Assembly: GCF_006345805.1 (NCBI RefSeq)
Contig: NC_043003.1
Coordinates: 58,218,001-58,282,000, forward strand
Direction of reading: 5' to 3'
Length of the DNA: 64,000 nt
Origin: Octopus sinensis
Taxonomy: Eukaryota
Under the pieces are notes generated by a model. It did no database searches and had not been told where the DNA came from. It saw nothing but the letters and a program-made list of their open reading frames with translations. Below, one piece after another: positions 15,916 to 64,000 of this stretch. A program made the position numbers and the translations under genes. Every line of letters begins with the position of its first letter. Position 1 is the first letter of the stretch.

Positions 15916-16630
15916 GTCCTGTACCCATATATGCATGTATATATGCGTATATATGTAGGTATGTACATATATGTATGTATATGTGCATATATTTATATTA
16001 TATATTATTTATATTATCATGTGATCAAACACCATCCATCCTTTCCCAAGATATATATATATACATAATAATAATAATATAAATAATATATAAATATATG
16101 CATATATACATACATATATGTACATACCTACATATAATGTATATATACATGCATATATGAGTACAGGACCTCAAAAAAACATTGAACACAATGAGAAACG
16201 AAAACATAAAAACAAAAACATAGAAAACGAACTTTTTTTCGAACAACAAAAAAATAAAACAAACAGAAAAAACGAGACATGCAACATAAAGAATATCCCC
16301 CTTCGTCAGTTGTCTCTGTTTCATCTACTCCGCGTTTCAAAGGCAAGGACAATACGCGACTTTGTTGAAACAGTCCTTCCCGCAAAGCAAATTAAATAAA
16401 ATTTGGGATTTTTTGCGGAGGGTGAAAGTGGTAACAAGAACAGGACAGTGAGAACAAGACAGTAAAAACAAACGGTGGGGGTTGTTAAATCAAGATGATA
16501 GAAAAATTATTATGAACGCTAGGAAGACGAGCGTAACAAGAGGAGACAGGTATAAGTCAGTGTTGTCTTTATGAAGAAAATGGGCTGAAAGTTAGGTTTC
16601 CTTTCATCATGTGTCAGCGACGAGATATAC
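15916..16630 (-). repeat. Dispersed repeat with an inverted partial terminal duplication; opposite-strand copy at about 59290-59530
   Basis: ORF-track peptides 16128-16385 (-) and 59211-59681 (+) share DETxTTxxGxYSLCCMS; arms 15916-16017 and 16074-16169 are inverted copies. Confidence 0.75.
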
Positions 16631-18579
16631 ATATTATATATATATATATATATATCCCCAGTTTGCCAGCTCTGGTTAAACCATCCAACCCATGCCAACA
16701 TGGTCAACAGATATTAAATGATGATGATGATGTGTTGGTCAAACAATATAGTGCCTTCTCTTATGAAGATGGTGCGACTGTTAATAATGCTGTTGTTCTC
16801 AGGTTCTGTGACCATTCCATTAGGATTACATTATCCATTTTGTCCCTCCGTTTTTAAGACGTAAGGCTGCTATTTCTAGCATCTTGGGCGACCATGTAGG
16901 GGCTTTCATCCTGTTTGCATTGTTATAATAATAGAAGCTCAATAAACAACAGCAATAACTTCTCCTTCAGAAGTTCCATTTCTGTTCACCCCTTCCCCTC
17001 TCCCTTTCTCTCTCCTCCCACTGTATCTCTGCATACACAGGCAATCCTGCTAAACCCATCATCAAAATACTTACAGAGATCCACACTGCCAGTACCAGAC
17101 CCATACCCCCTACCCTACCCATTTCGCTAAGGTGTGGTGATCATGGAATGATGGACAGATGAGGAAAGATAAGGAAAGGAGTTTTGGATTGGAGTGGGGA
17201 TGAGGAGTGAGGTGAGGTGGTGTGATGTGGATGCCACCGGAAGAGAAACCATTTATTCCGTTATTGATGGTTATTGCAGTGTCCAGCCGTGGCAATTGCA
17301 TTACACCCTTCCTTTATGGATATTCCGCAGCCAGATGTGTGCGTGGGTGTGAGGAGTGGGTGGGTGTGTACATACTTATATATTATATACTTATATATAC
17401 ATATATAATTACACACATATATACCCATAAATACATACATATACATAAGTATACATACATATATATACCTGAACATACATACATGTACTTATTGGAGCAC
17501 TCCGTCGGTTACAACAACGAGGGTCCCAGTTGATACGATCAATGGAACATGTAAGTGGCTGAGCACTCCACAGACACATGTACCCTTGGCATAGTCTCAG
17601 GGAGTTTCAGCGTGATACAGAGTGCGGCAAGGCTGACCCTTTGAAATACAGGTACTACTCATTTTTGCCAGCTGAGTGGACTGGAGCAACATGAAATATA
17701 TATATATATATATACACATACATATCCTTGTTGCTTATTTTGAGTTTACATACACATACTTACCTTGTGGTGAACTATGCCTGCAGTGAATTGACGGCGG
17801 TGAACTTACCTGTAATCAGCAGCAACACCTTTTTAATGTTTCTTTTCCATTTTGTGTTTCCTTTTTTTTCTTTGTTCACCTTCTTGTAGTTGATGATGAT
17901 GATGATGGTTGTAATGGCAGCAGCCACAACAGTATTTCCAGCTAATAATGTTGTTTCTACTGTTGCTTAGCCCCAGGTAGGCTTATAATGAAAAGCTTTC
18001 CAGCCATGAATGTCCTGTCTTTTCCTCTACCCAGGCCAGGAACTCAGGCCTACATCATTTTTTTTTCTTTTAAGGAAGCATGTTGTGATTTGAAGGAGAT
18101 TTGGCTACTGTTTCTAACAGGTCAAACTCATTGGTTTTTAAAGCTTAGTAACATCCAGTACCTATGATTCCTAAATGGTCAGCCATCTAAGCAGTAAATA
18201 GGCTCCACATGACTTGCTTAGCTTTGGTGATCTTTTATCTGTTTCCGTCTTTATATTTGACTTGGACTATGGCCATGCTGGAGCACTGTCGTGAAAGATT
18301 TAGTCAAACAAATTGATGCCAGTACTTTTTTTAAGTCTGGTACTTGTCTCTGCCAACCACTTTTGCCAAACCACTAAATTATGAGGACATAAATTAGGGG
18401 GCCCACATGATCCTTGGAGGCCCATATAAGACTTTGTTGTTAAACTTTATGAGCAATAAATTCATTATTCTTCTACAATACATAAAATATTTTTTTTACA
18501 CAATTTCTGCTGTTGGTTCATTTACATCCCCATAACTTTGCAATTTAGCAACAAAGATACCAATATTATCAGTTTTTTT

Positions 18580-18885
18580 TTGTTTGTTCCTTCTCGAGTC
18601 ATGCCTGGCTCATAAGGGCTGATTTCCCAGTTTCTTTGGCATATAGGTTCTTCACCTGGACAGGACGCTGGCCCATCGTAAGTGAGCTGCAAGATGCAGG
18701 AGGAAAGAGTGAGAGAAAGTTGGGGCGAAAGAGTCAGCAGAAGTTCGCCATTACCTTCTGCTGGAACCGCGTGGAGCTTAGGTGTTTCGCTCATAAACAC
18801 ACACATCGCCCGGTCTGAGATACGAACTCTCAATCCCTCGACTGCGAGTCCGCTGCTCTAACCACCAGGCCATGTGCCTCCACAA
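18580..18885 (-). mobile_element. SINE family C, full-length antisense copy
   Basis: Reverse complement aligns by eye end to end with 30334-30641. Confidence 0.88.
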
Positions 18886-20399
18886 TGTTATAAGTACTAA
18901 GCTTAAAAATAAATACTGAGGCTGATTTGCTCAACTAAACCGTTGAAGGTGATGCTCCAGCATGGTCACTACCCAATGTTTGAAACCAGTTAAAAGACTA
19001 TCATCTGTTAACGTTGTTGTTATTGTTGCTGTTGCTTCTGTTGCTGTGGAATGTCTCCTCTGCTTCAGTACCAATCGGACATTCGCCAAACATCTCTTCT
19101 CTGCACCAAACCCACTCCCCGACCCAACCATGACTCTCACTCCACCCACCTCCTGACGAAGTGTTAACTGTGCATATCTCCGCTGCCATTCCGCCAGACT
19201 CTGACGCTTTATTTCTCATTGACGGGCGAAACTTCCTTAACATAATGATGTGCACGTTACGCTTCAGTTGAACGCCGCAACTCATCTTCATTGTCATCGT
19301 CATTCTTGTTGTTGTTGTTGTTCTTGTATTTGTCGATTTTTTTTTTTTTTAGTTATTGTTATGGTTTTCTTGCAACTGAAGCATGACATTGCTTTTGCTA
19401 AATAGAATTACATGCAGTAGACATACTGTGGCCCAGAGTGGTGATGGTGATGTTGACGGTGGTGGTGGCGGTAGTGATGTTGATGGTAGTGGTGGTGGTG
19501 GTGGTGGTGGTGGTGGTGGTGGTGGTTTTTGTAGGAGTAAAAACAGAAGTGACGGTGGTGGTGGTGACGATGAGCAGCAGTAGGAGGTGGTGTTGATGGG
19601 TTGATGGTGGTAGTGGTGGTAGTGAGGATGATGATGATGACAGCAGATGTCATGGTGAGGAGTCGAGAGTAGTAAGGAAGTTGTGATGGTAGGAAGTCGT
19701 GGGGGTGGTGGTGGTAGCATGATAAAATTTTTAAAAAGCCAGTTTTTCTTCCACAGTAATACACACAAAACACATACAACCCCTTCACACGTACATTACA
19801 CATCTCGTACCCTGCTACTAACGACCCAAGCTGCTAACATCATCATCGTCGCCATCTTCACCTTCACCACCAATACCGATCTTCTCTTTTCCTTCCCACA
19901 CCCACCAACTGTCTCTCCCCTACACCTACTCTTCCTCCAAAATATTCTCAGAACCTTCAATTCAATTGTTTATGTTACTGCCCATACTGGAGCAAATATG
20001 TGTATATACTCATTTGTGAGTGCAGGTATGTCTGATTGGTTAATGAGTTTGTTTCACAATCAATAATATACCAGGTGCAATCATATTGCATAGCATTCTA
20101 TGCAAGTATATGGGGGTCTCTGTATCTGAACATAATCTGCCTTGGAACCATGTTTCTTTGGCCAAATTGTTCATTACCTGAGTGACTGCAATACTTTTAA
20201 ATAGGACTAATCTGTTCCCATTCTAAGCCACAACCAAACTCCACATCAATGCATCAAAACGAGGTTTCATCTCTTCATCAGTAGCAAATACATTAATAGG
20301 TACATATATAGTGGGCCATGTTGTCCGATTCCTGATTGAATGACTTCACCAGGTGGTGTTATTAAGTTAGACATGGCTTGGGCCAATACTGGCCCAAAG

Positions 20400-20441
<42 letters not shown>

Positions 20442-21111
20442 TACACATGCACACATATATATACATAGGTGTAGGAGTGGCTGTGTGGTAAGTAGCTTAC
20501 TTACGAACCACATGGTTCCGGGTTCAGTCCCGCTGCATGGCACCTTGGGCAACTGTCTTCTACTATAGCCTCGGGCCAACCAAAGCCTTGTGAGTGGATT
20601 TGGTAGACAGAAATAGAAAGAAGCCCGTCATGTGTGTGTGTGTGTGTGTGTGTGTGTCTGTGTCCCCCCCCCAGCATCGCTTGACAACCGATGCTTGTGT
20701 GTTTATGTACCCATAACTTAGCAGTGCTCCAGCATGGCCACAGTCAAATGACGGAAACAAGTAAAAGAGTAAAAGACATATATATATGTGTGTGTGTATA
20801 TATATATGTATATGTGTGTGTGTATATGTGTGTATGTGTATATATATATATATATGTATATATGTTATATATGTATGTATATGTTATATATGTATGTATA
20901 TGTGTGTATGTATATATATATATATATATATATGTGTGTATGTGTATATATATATATATATGTATGTGTATATTTAGAATAATAAGGCAGTCAGAATGTT
21001 GGATGATTATATATATTTTTTTATGTATTTACATTTTATTTACATTTTTAGTGCGTTCTTCCGTTATCAGATTTATTGTATGTATGTGTATATGTGTATT
21101 ATATATGTGTG

Positions 21112-21142
<31 letters not shown>

Positions 21143-21179
21143 TAAGTCTCTCTCTACCTCTTTTCTTTACCGTTTTAAA

Positions 21180-21411
21180 CAGTGGTTCTCAGCCGGGGTC
21201 CATATGGCCCTTGGGGGGGGGCCATGTAAAATTTTGTTGTTAAAATTTATGTACAATGTATTGGTTATGCTTCTACAATACATGAAATATTTTAATAATT
21301 TTTTAATGTGATCCCTAGGATTTTTTTAAACATCAAATGTCTACGGGGGTCTACCCAAGTAGAATAGAAATCATAGGGGTCCATAGGAAAAAAAATGGTT
21401 GAAAACCACCG
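21180..21411. mobile_element. hAT/Charlie-type MITE; related fragments near 18385-18560 and from 31231
   Basis: Imperfect TIRs CAGTGGTTCTCAGCC ... GGTTGAAAACCACCG; no clear 8-bp TSD left. Confidence 0.65.
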
Positions 21412-21795
21412 TACTAGAAGAAGAACAACAATAACAAGATGAATTTAACTTAATTAATTTCAAGTTACTGGTTATGTCATATTGACGAGTCCCAAAGGAG
21501 GATGAAATAGTGCTATTCACAACTACCTGTGACTTTAAAAGCTTTTATTTCCTAGAAATGAAAAACAGAATAAATAAAAGAATTATATAAGAATATATGT
21601 ATGCTCTTCACTCTTTAATGTAATCCTTGACTGTAGCCATGCTGGGGCACTGCTTTTCATCAAGCAAATTGACTCCAGCACTTATTCTTTATAAGCCTGC
21701 TACTTATTCCATTGGTCTCTTTTGCCAAAATGCTAAGTTACAAGGATGTAAACACACCAACATCAGTTATCAAAAGATGGTGGGGGGAAAATACA

Positions 21796-21851
<56 letters not shown>

Positions 21852-22786
21852 CGATGGGCTTCCTTCACTTTCCATCTACCAAATCCACTCACAAGTCTTT
21901 GGTTGGCCCGATGCTATAGCAAAAGACACTTGCCCAAGGTGTCACGCAGTGGGATGGAACCCTGAACCATGTGGTTGGGAAACAAGCTTCTTACCACACA
22001 CCCATGCCTGTTTTTAACATGCTTCAACAATCACTAGAAGAGTGATTCTCTCCCTATCACTAGCAATCAACCTCATGTTTATATATATATATATATATAT
22101 ATATAATAGATGCACATATATATTGACCTATGATTCTTGAGTGAAATATGCTTGACTGTGTGTGTCTGAGTCTGTGCATGCTTGTGTATGTGCATATCAT
22201 GTAGATGTATGTAAAACAAGCATGTGTTTATTGATTGTAAACCGATTGTAAACAATAATCAGTCATATAAAAGCAGTGTCATTTGTTTATTGCCCATGTA
22301 TGGAAGCATTCCTGGACTTTGGGTTTGTTGTTACTTGGAGGACAAAGGAAAATATTTCCTTACTTGAAAATGTGTAAGGGTTGGTGACAGGAAGAGCATC
22401 CAACTGCTATTTTTAACAACACTCATCTAACCCATGCAATCATAGTAAAAACGGACGTTAAACTAACGATGATGAGGAGGATAAAATAGGGATAGATGGA
22501 ACATAGTGATTATGATTATTATAAATAATAGAGCTGAAGAAAATTACTGCAGAGAAGCAAGCTTTCTGCATATTAATTTAGTATGCATGTGGTAGGGTCT
22601 CAGGTATGTAAACTGTGTGCTGGGAAACTTTGATTGATGGAGATTATTTATTCAATCTCTAGACGAAACCTCCTTTTACTGTTGTGTAAAATTATAAAAC
22701 AGAAAAAGAAAAGTAGCAAGGGAAAGATAACTCCAATAAGTCCAGCTAAGCAAATCATTTTGGAAAACATAGATAAGATGGTGGTA

Positions 22787-22818
<32 letters not shown>

Positions 22819-23241
22819 ACATTGGTGGTGGTGGTGTTGATGTTAGTGTCAGTGGTAGTAGTATTAGTATTAGTAGTAGTGGTGGTGGTGTTTAAGGAGG
22901 AGGATGGTGGTGGGTTTACATAATTGCTGACCCATTTTCCTCTAAGTTTTCTTTTGCCCTCCAGGAGTTTCCTATTGTCACAGTGGTTGTCCCTTCTTTG
23001 TACTTAAATAAATAAATGAATAAATAAATAAATAAATGGATAAATAAATAAATAATATATTTGTTATTTATTTTATATATTTGTAATCTATTTATTTGTT
23101 ATTTATTTATTTTTTATTTTTGGGGTTTTTCGGAAGTTTTACATTGTCTTTCAGTTTCCTTTCTCTTTCACTGTATTCTTTCAAGTTTAGACTTGTGTGT
23201 CATTGTTTAACCACTACAGCCCTACCACCCACACATACACG

Positions 23242-23301
<60 letters not shown>

Positions 23302-26250
23302 TACAGTTCCCTACACCATATCTGACCCCTTCACACACCAAACTCTTCTGTCCAACATTTTATGAACCCATCTTATACACATGCACACATACACACACGC
23401 ACACACACACACACACATGCATAAATACACATACATACACATGCAGGTACATATGCACACGTACACACATATATACATGCATATGCACACATAGGCACAC
23501 ATACACACACACACATACACACACATGCCCATACATATACACATACTTTTATGCAACATCCTACTCGCTCCCTCTCTCTCTCCCTCCTTCCTTCCCTTAA
23601 GACAGTTTAAATCTTCTCCCTGAGTCCCCCCCTCTACTCCAGCTCTTCCATCCCCTCTGGCAGGGCATGAGGGAGAGAGGGTGAGGAGGAGGAGGAGGAA
23701 GAGGAGCTCCTGTACATAACAGTTTCTTATCCTGTATAAACAATTAACATTTCAAAACTAATTGAAGTGTTGGGGGGTGGGGTGACAAGTGCAGAGGGGG
23801 GGGTGGATAGCAGCAATAGCAACAAAACAACAACCACAGTACTGCATCAATGCTAACACCATCAACAGCAGCAGCATCAACAACAATGTCAACAACATAA
23901 ATAAATCAGAGTAACACAACAACAACAAAAACATGACATCAGCATCAACAATATTGCACTAGACAGCTTTTTGTGGATAATTTGAAATGTAATGTGTGTA
24001 TGTATATGTACATATATGTGTGTATGTGTATTTAGGTGTGTATGTACATATGTGTGTGTATATGTGTATGTGTATTTATGTGTGTGTGTATGTATATGGA
24101 TGTGTATGTATGTATATGGATGTGTGCATGTGTATGTATATGGATGTGTGTACATGTACATATATGGATGTGTATATGTATGTGTGTGTATATGTATGTG
24201 CGAGTATATGTATGTGCGTTTATATGTATGTGTGTGTGTACATGTGTGTGTGTGTTATATGTGTGTATGTATATGTACGTGTATATATGGTTATGCATGT
24301 GTGTGTATGTGAATGTGTATCAATTTGTGTACATGTATGTGTATTTATGTGTATACACATATATATTTATGTGTGTATTTGTATTTATATGGATGTGCCC
24401 ATGTATATGTATATGTATACGGATGTGTACATGGATATGTATATCGATATGTGTATGTATTTGGATGTGTATATGTGTGTATATATGTGTATGTGTATAT
24501 GTATGTTTGTATATATGTGTATGTATGTATATGTATGTGTATATACGTTTATGTTTGTGTGTATGTATGTGTATATATGTTAATAATGAAACACGGGGTG
24601 GTGTATTCATGTGTGAATGTCCATGTAGATCCATGTGTGTTTGTCTGTATGAATGTTTACATTCCATGTCTTCCTCATGAAAGCGTTTGAGCAAAATACA
24701 CAGTGGCATAGTGTTGACATTTCCTATCAACAAATTTCCCTCTGGCTCTGAGTTTTTGAAGACAACTAGAATAAAAATTACAAAAGAAAAGTTGTTTTTT
24801 TTAATGAATCCCTAACTTGAAAAACAGGTATAGAGGCATGGGTAAAGACGGGGGGGGGGGGGGCATACCTGATTGTAAACAGCAACAGCTACTCCACAAT
24901 TATGTCTGTTTAATCATAATAGCATGGGTTGGACAAATACTTATAGAATCAATTATTCATCCAACCCATGCTAGTATAGTAAAATAGACGTAAAGCAAAC
25001 AAATGAACCAGCTTAGCATGCCTGTCTGATTTGCATGAATAGTGTTATGCTGATAATACTCGCGACTTTTTTTTCTTAATACGTAGATAATTTGAAATGT
25101 AATATTAAGGCTACATATGTATAATAAACATATAATTTTAACCTTACTTATGACAAGTAAATAAAGTGGTTACATCACAAATTTTTATCACCTGCATGAG
25201 TGATAAAGTGGGAGTGATCTCAACTAGTTTCTATTCTTCTTAGAGTTTCATCAGAAAGAAAATCCTTATTGTCAGTGTGTACATTGTTACACAAATTAGA
25301 TTTTCCAATTTAACTATGTCTGTATCCACTATATATAGCTATAAGCTCCTTATCTCTCAGTGGATAGAAGGTGGGTTTTCATTCTCTGATGAAAATTTAA
25401 CAAGACCAGAAACCAGTCAGATCAGTCCTACTTTCTCTACCCTTGCAGATAAAAAAAAAACAGTTTTGGTTTAAATCATCTGGTTTTATTTTTTACAGCA
25501 AGGATAAAATTCTATGTTTATTAAAAATAAGCTTACATTTCAAATTACATTGGCATTTCTAATTATATATAACTGATTGGAAGATAGGCTGATCACAGTT
25601 GGAATATCTTTGATCTTAGGCCAACTCAATCAGGACTAGTCTTGTGGTAAACATCAGTCACAACAAGTGTCTGTATATTTTTACTGAAATATCACAAAGT
25701 TATCTCTCATATCTTACAGACTATCCACCTCTGTTTCCTTCACTGTTCACCCTCTCTATTATACATATGTCTGTGTTTATAATTGAGTTGTCTCTGTTAG
25801 AGACTAGCTGTATGTACCATGCCTACCATACTACTAGTGATTAGTTTCATTTCTCCTACCTTTCTGTACCATTCGGTAGCTTTATATATATTACCCCTGT
25901 GTACTAACATTGCCTCTTTGGGTCAACTCACACCTGCATAATATCACTTCCTGTCTACAAGAGTCTAGTTTTAGGCCAACCTGTTGTCATGTACTCACAT
26001 TGTCTCTCTACCTGAGGCTACTTGTAAGTCTCCCAACTGCTGTATACTAACATCCCTTTCTAATAGTGGGTATTGTCAGGAATTAATTTTAGGTCTACCA
26101 TTATCTGTGTGCCAAAAGTGTACCAGTGGCTACTTTAGTTTCTGCTGTGTGCTTAATAACATACATATATAATAACATATATCTGGTGGGATTAGAAGTT
26201 TGAATTTGAAATTAAGGACTAAGGAAAAATATACATAGAATACACATTTA

Positions 26251-27326
26251 CTGCAAAAACCGATGTAATTTGCACACCTGTGTAATTTACACAGGTGATT
26301 TTCAAGATAAAATTTGTTAAAAAAGCGTCTACTCATGTAAAATTCGCACCTAAAAGTTTTCAGAAATCCGATATTGCCAGGGGAAAAAGGTTTCCAATTT
26401 AGTTGTATTTAACATAATTTCACTTATGATTAGATTTTATTAAATTTTCATTAAATAAAAATAATTTCTGTTTAACAGGTATCACATTGAAAGCTATTAA
26501 ATTACAAAGTGTTTGTGTTGTTTATCATAAATTTTATTTTACATTTCTTGCCTGCAAGAGATTATTGTCCAGTCTTTAGCATACTGCTGTATGTCTTCTC
26601 AAATCATGACCACAGGGAAAGTTGTTGATAATTCTTATCAACAAAAACAAAGCTGATAAATATGCACAGGTATTGCAAATTAAGTTTAATTACCAATAAA
26701 CATCAGCTTGGATGACCCTTTACTCAACCGACAGAGGAAGGTGACCGATCAAACTGATTATGTAAACAAAATTCTTTTCCACCTGTTCTTGTCGGAACCT
26801 TTGATATGGAGTATCGAAATTTTAATCCCTTTCACACTTATAAAATGTCGAGCAAACTTTAAAATTTGTCATTACTGTTATTGTCAGTATAAGCAGAACT
26901 TATGATTTGTTTACTGCGAAAGAGAAATGAAATGCATTCTCCATTGTGATAGGAAGAAACTCCAAGCAATGTAAAATATAGCCCAGACTGTGTTTACCAG
27001 CATGAATGTCAGACTTCAAAAGCTAGTTAACCATTTAATGGTTTTAGTAAATTTATACAGAAAATGTAGGCATTATACCATCCAGCATAAATAAAAGTTA
27101 ACTTCATTACACGTATTTAAGCCATTATTTTTTCTGTAAAAACCTATTCTGACATTAAATGAGTCAACTTCCAGTATGAATTTTTATGTTTTGTACGTTT
27201 TTTTTTCAAAAAAAAAAATTTTTTTTTAAAATTCTGGAAACAATCTACTCATGTAATTTACGCACCCACTAAAGTTTATTTTTATTTTTACGAAAAAATG
27301 GGCCTAAATTACATGGGTTTTTACGG
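26251..27326. mobile_element. Non-autonomous DNA transposon, Tc2/pogo-like (TA-flanked, 21-bp TIRs)
   Basis: Left end TA|CTGCAAAAACCGATGTAATTT; right end reverse-complements to TA|CCGTAAAAACCCATGTAATTT (18 of 21 match). No transposase ORF seen. Superfamily inferred from CCGTA ends and TA flanks. Confidence 0.7.
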
Positions 27327-27991
27327 TATTTATTTATCTATTTATTATTTATTTATTTCCCGCTTGTTATGGATCGTCTTGAAATTTCTTGCCAGTGGTC
27401 ATTATACAGAGCATTATTTCATTCCTTTTAGAAATATTCAGTATGAATGAATATTTCTGAGGTATAGTAATCAAGCAATTTATGAAGCAAGGCATTTTTT
27501 ATAGATAAAAGATAATTACCACCTGGAAGAAATTCCAGGAATATAGTTTATCAGTTTGAGCCAAGTGCCAACTAGATTCCCAAACTTACATTACGCTACA
27601 AAACTGAGCTGAGTTCCAGTCTCAACTGGACCGACATTGCTTCTCTTTTTCTCAAGGCCAGTAAGGATTAACTGAAGGAAGATCAATATTACACACTCGT
27701 ATATTGAACTGACTTGTGGAAGTAATCTTTTGTAAGCATCTTATGAATTAGGCACCAGGATCAAAACCTTCCTTTTCTCACACCTTTTTCCTTATGTCTT
27801 ACTAATACCACACCATTCCTTTCTTTCTTACCACTACCCTCCACACACACACTACCTTTTCTATTCCTTCCTTCCTCTTTGTCTTACACATCCATTCAAT
27901 AATTCATTCCATCTGCTCTCTGTCTCTCTTTGTTTCCTCTTCAACTATCCTCACCCCCACCACTTTATGTGTGTATGTGTATATATGTATA

Positions 27992-28028
<37 letters not shown>

Positions 28029-28540
28029 CATCATATATACATATGTATGTTTGTATGTATGTGGAGATATGTATGTATACATATATGTGTGTGTGTGTGT
28101 GCTGTTAGCATCACCTGCCTCATCTCCTCCTCATTGGGTAACTGACCTTAACCTGTATATGAAGTTATGAAGTTAAGACCACTAACCAGTAGACCAGTGC
28201 AAATGACCAGTCACCCAACAATATAGTTTATTGTCCTTCCTCTGGACATTAATGGTTTTGTTAGGTTAGAATTGGTTTCAGTTGCCAGGGCAACAACCTA
28301 CTCCCCCACCCCACCCAGCCTACTCTATCCTGCCTCCAAACTCATTAAACCACTGTGTGTTGTATTTCATATATATATATATACAATGGCATGGAAGCAT
28401 CAATGGTGTATTCATATATTCACACATACACACATACATATACACACATGTATATATGCATGCATATGTCTGTGAAGTCATAACTTCATATATATGTAAA
28501 ACTTGTGCGAACTAGTAATATTTCTATTTAGGAATCAGTG

Positions 28541-28576
<36 letters not shown>

Positions 28577-29487
28577 CTTATACACAATCTTTTGTTTCAG
28601 TCATTTGACTTTGGCCATGCTGGAGCACCACCATTAGTCGAAAAAAATCGACCTCAGAACTTATTCTTTGTAAGCTTAGTACTTACTCTATCGGTCTCTT
28701 TTGCCGAACTGGCATGGGTTGGACGGTTTGACTGAGGACTGGTGAGCCAGAGGCTGCACCAGGTTCAATCTGATCTGGCAAAGTTTCTACAGTTGGATGC
28801 CCTTCCTAATACCAACCACTCTGAAAGTGTAGTGGGTGCTTTTACGTGCCACTGGCATGAGGGCCAGTCAGGCATTTCTGGCAACGACCACGCTCAAGGA
28901 TGTTTTTATGTGCAACCTGCACAGGAGCCTGTCCAGCGGCACTGGCAACGACCACACTCAAATGTTGTTTTTCACGTACCACCGGCACATGTGCTGGTAA
29001 GGCAACGCTGGCAATGATCACGCTCAAATGGTGCTTACAAACTTGAACATCACAAGCATTGAACATGTCTTCATGGAAAATTGCAAACAAGCAGCACCAT
29101 TTGTGAGATGGTTGACATTTATTTACAAAATAGTGTTCTATGTCAAAGAAAGGAGAGACACACACACACACACACACAACACACACACACACATCGCATA
29201 CTCATGCTCACATATGTATTTGTATTATAAATCATTTTATCAGTTCAGGAAATAAAATTAAAAATTGTAAAAAAATATTGCAAAAAGATATTTTAATGAC
29301 CTAATATAAGTACATACATACATATGTGCATGCACACACACACACAGATATACAGACATATGTACAATGGGCTTCCTTCATTTTCTGTCCAAAATCCTCA
29401 CTTCCAAGATTTTAGATATTCACCTTGTACTAGCATTAGAGTTTTGAATAGTCTCTAATAACTCTGTTTTGTTTTTATTTCTTGCAG

Positions 29488-64000
<34,513 letters not shown>

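Noticed and set aside
16300-16345. Type II hammerhead on the - strand (GAAAC..GTA..CTGACGA)
   Set aside because: Stem I and stem II pairings could not be built, and the second copy at about 59300 lacks the motif.
15590-26680. Recursive splice sites in the giant intron (CAG|GTATGT at about 15600, 20025, 22600)
   Set aside because: They lack polypyrimidine tracts; none resembles a strong ratchet site.

Overview
AT-rich, microsatellite- and SINE-dense animal genomic DNA, most likely an octopus (inferred from the repeat families and protein; not verifiable here). The window holds the middle of one + strand giant-cadherin gene that I identify as Dachsous (ds / DCHS1-2 ortholog). I traced 18 coding exons from 29488 to past 64000. 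All use GT-AG sites and join into one open frame of 5918 nt (about 1972 aa), covering roughly cadherin repeats EC6 to the start of EC25. Exon numbers are window-local. Exons 17 and 18 are missing from the supplied ORF track. Positions 1-29487 show no cadherin exon and appear to be one intron of at least 29.5 kb. The introns contain several tRNA-derived SINE families, a CR1-type LINE 3' end, other LINE tails, a decayed mariner transposase, and Tc2/pogo-, hAT- and piggyBac-type non-autonomous elements. The most interesting observations are: a minimal hammerhead-ribozyme-like motif on the sense strand (4582-4619) plus a decayed second one (21482-21517); a 114-bp-arm near-perfect hairpin (58834-59071) and other dsRNA-forming inverted repeats near exons; four introns at the identical codon of four different cadherin repeats; calcium-deficient linkers and Four-jointed kinase sites in the protein; and a tail-less SINE fragment with a 16-bp target duplication. 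I do not see convincing evidence of a wholly new multi-gene system.
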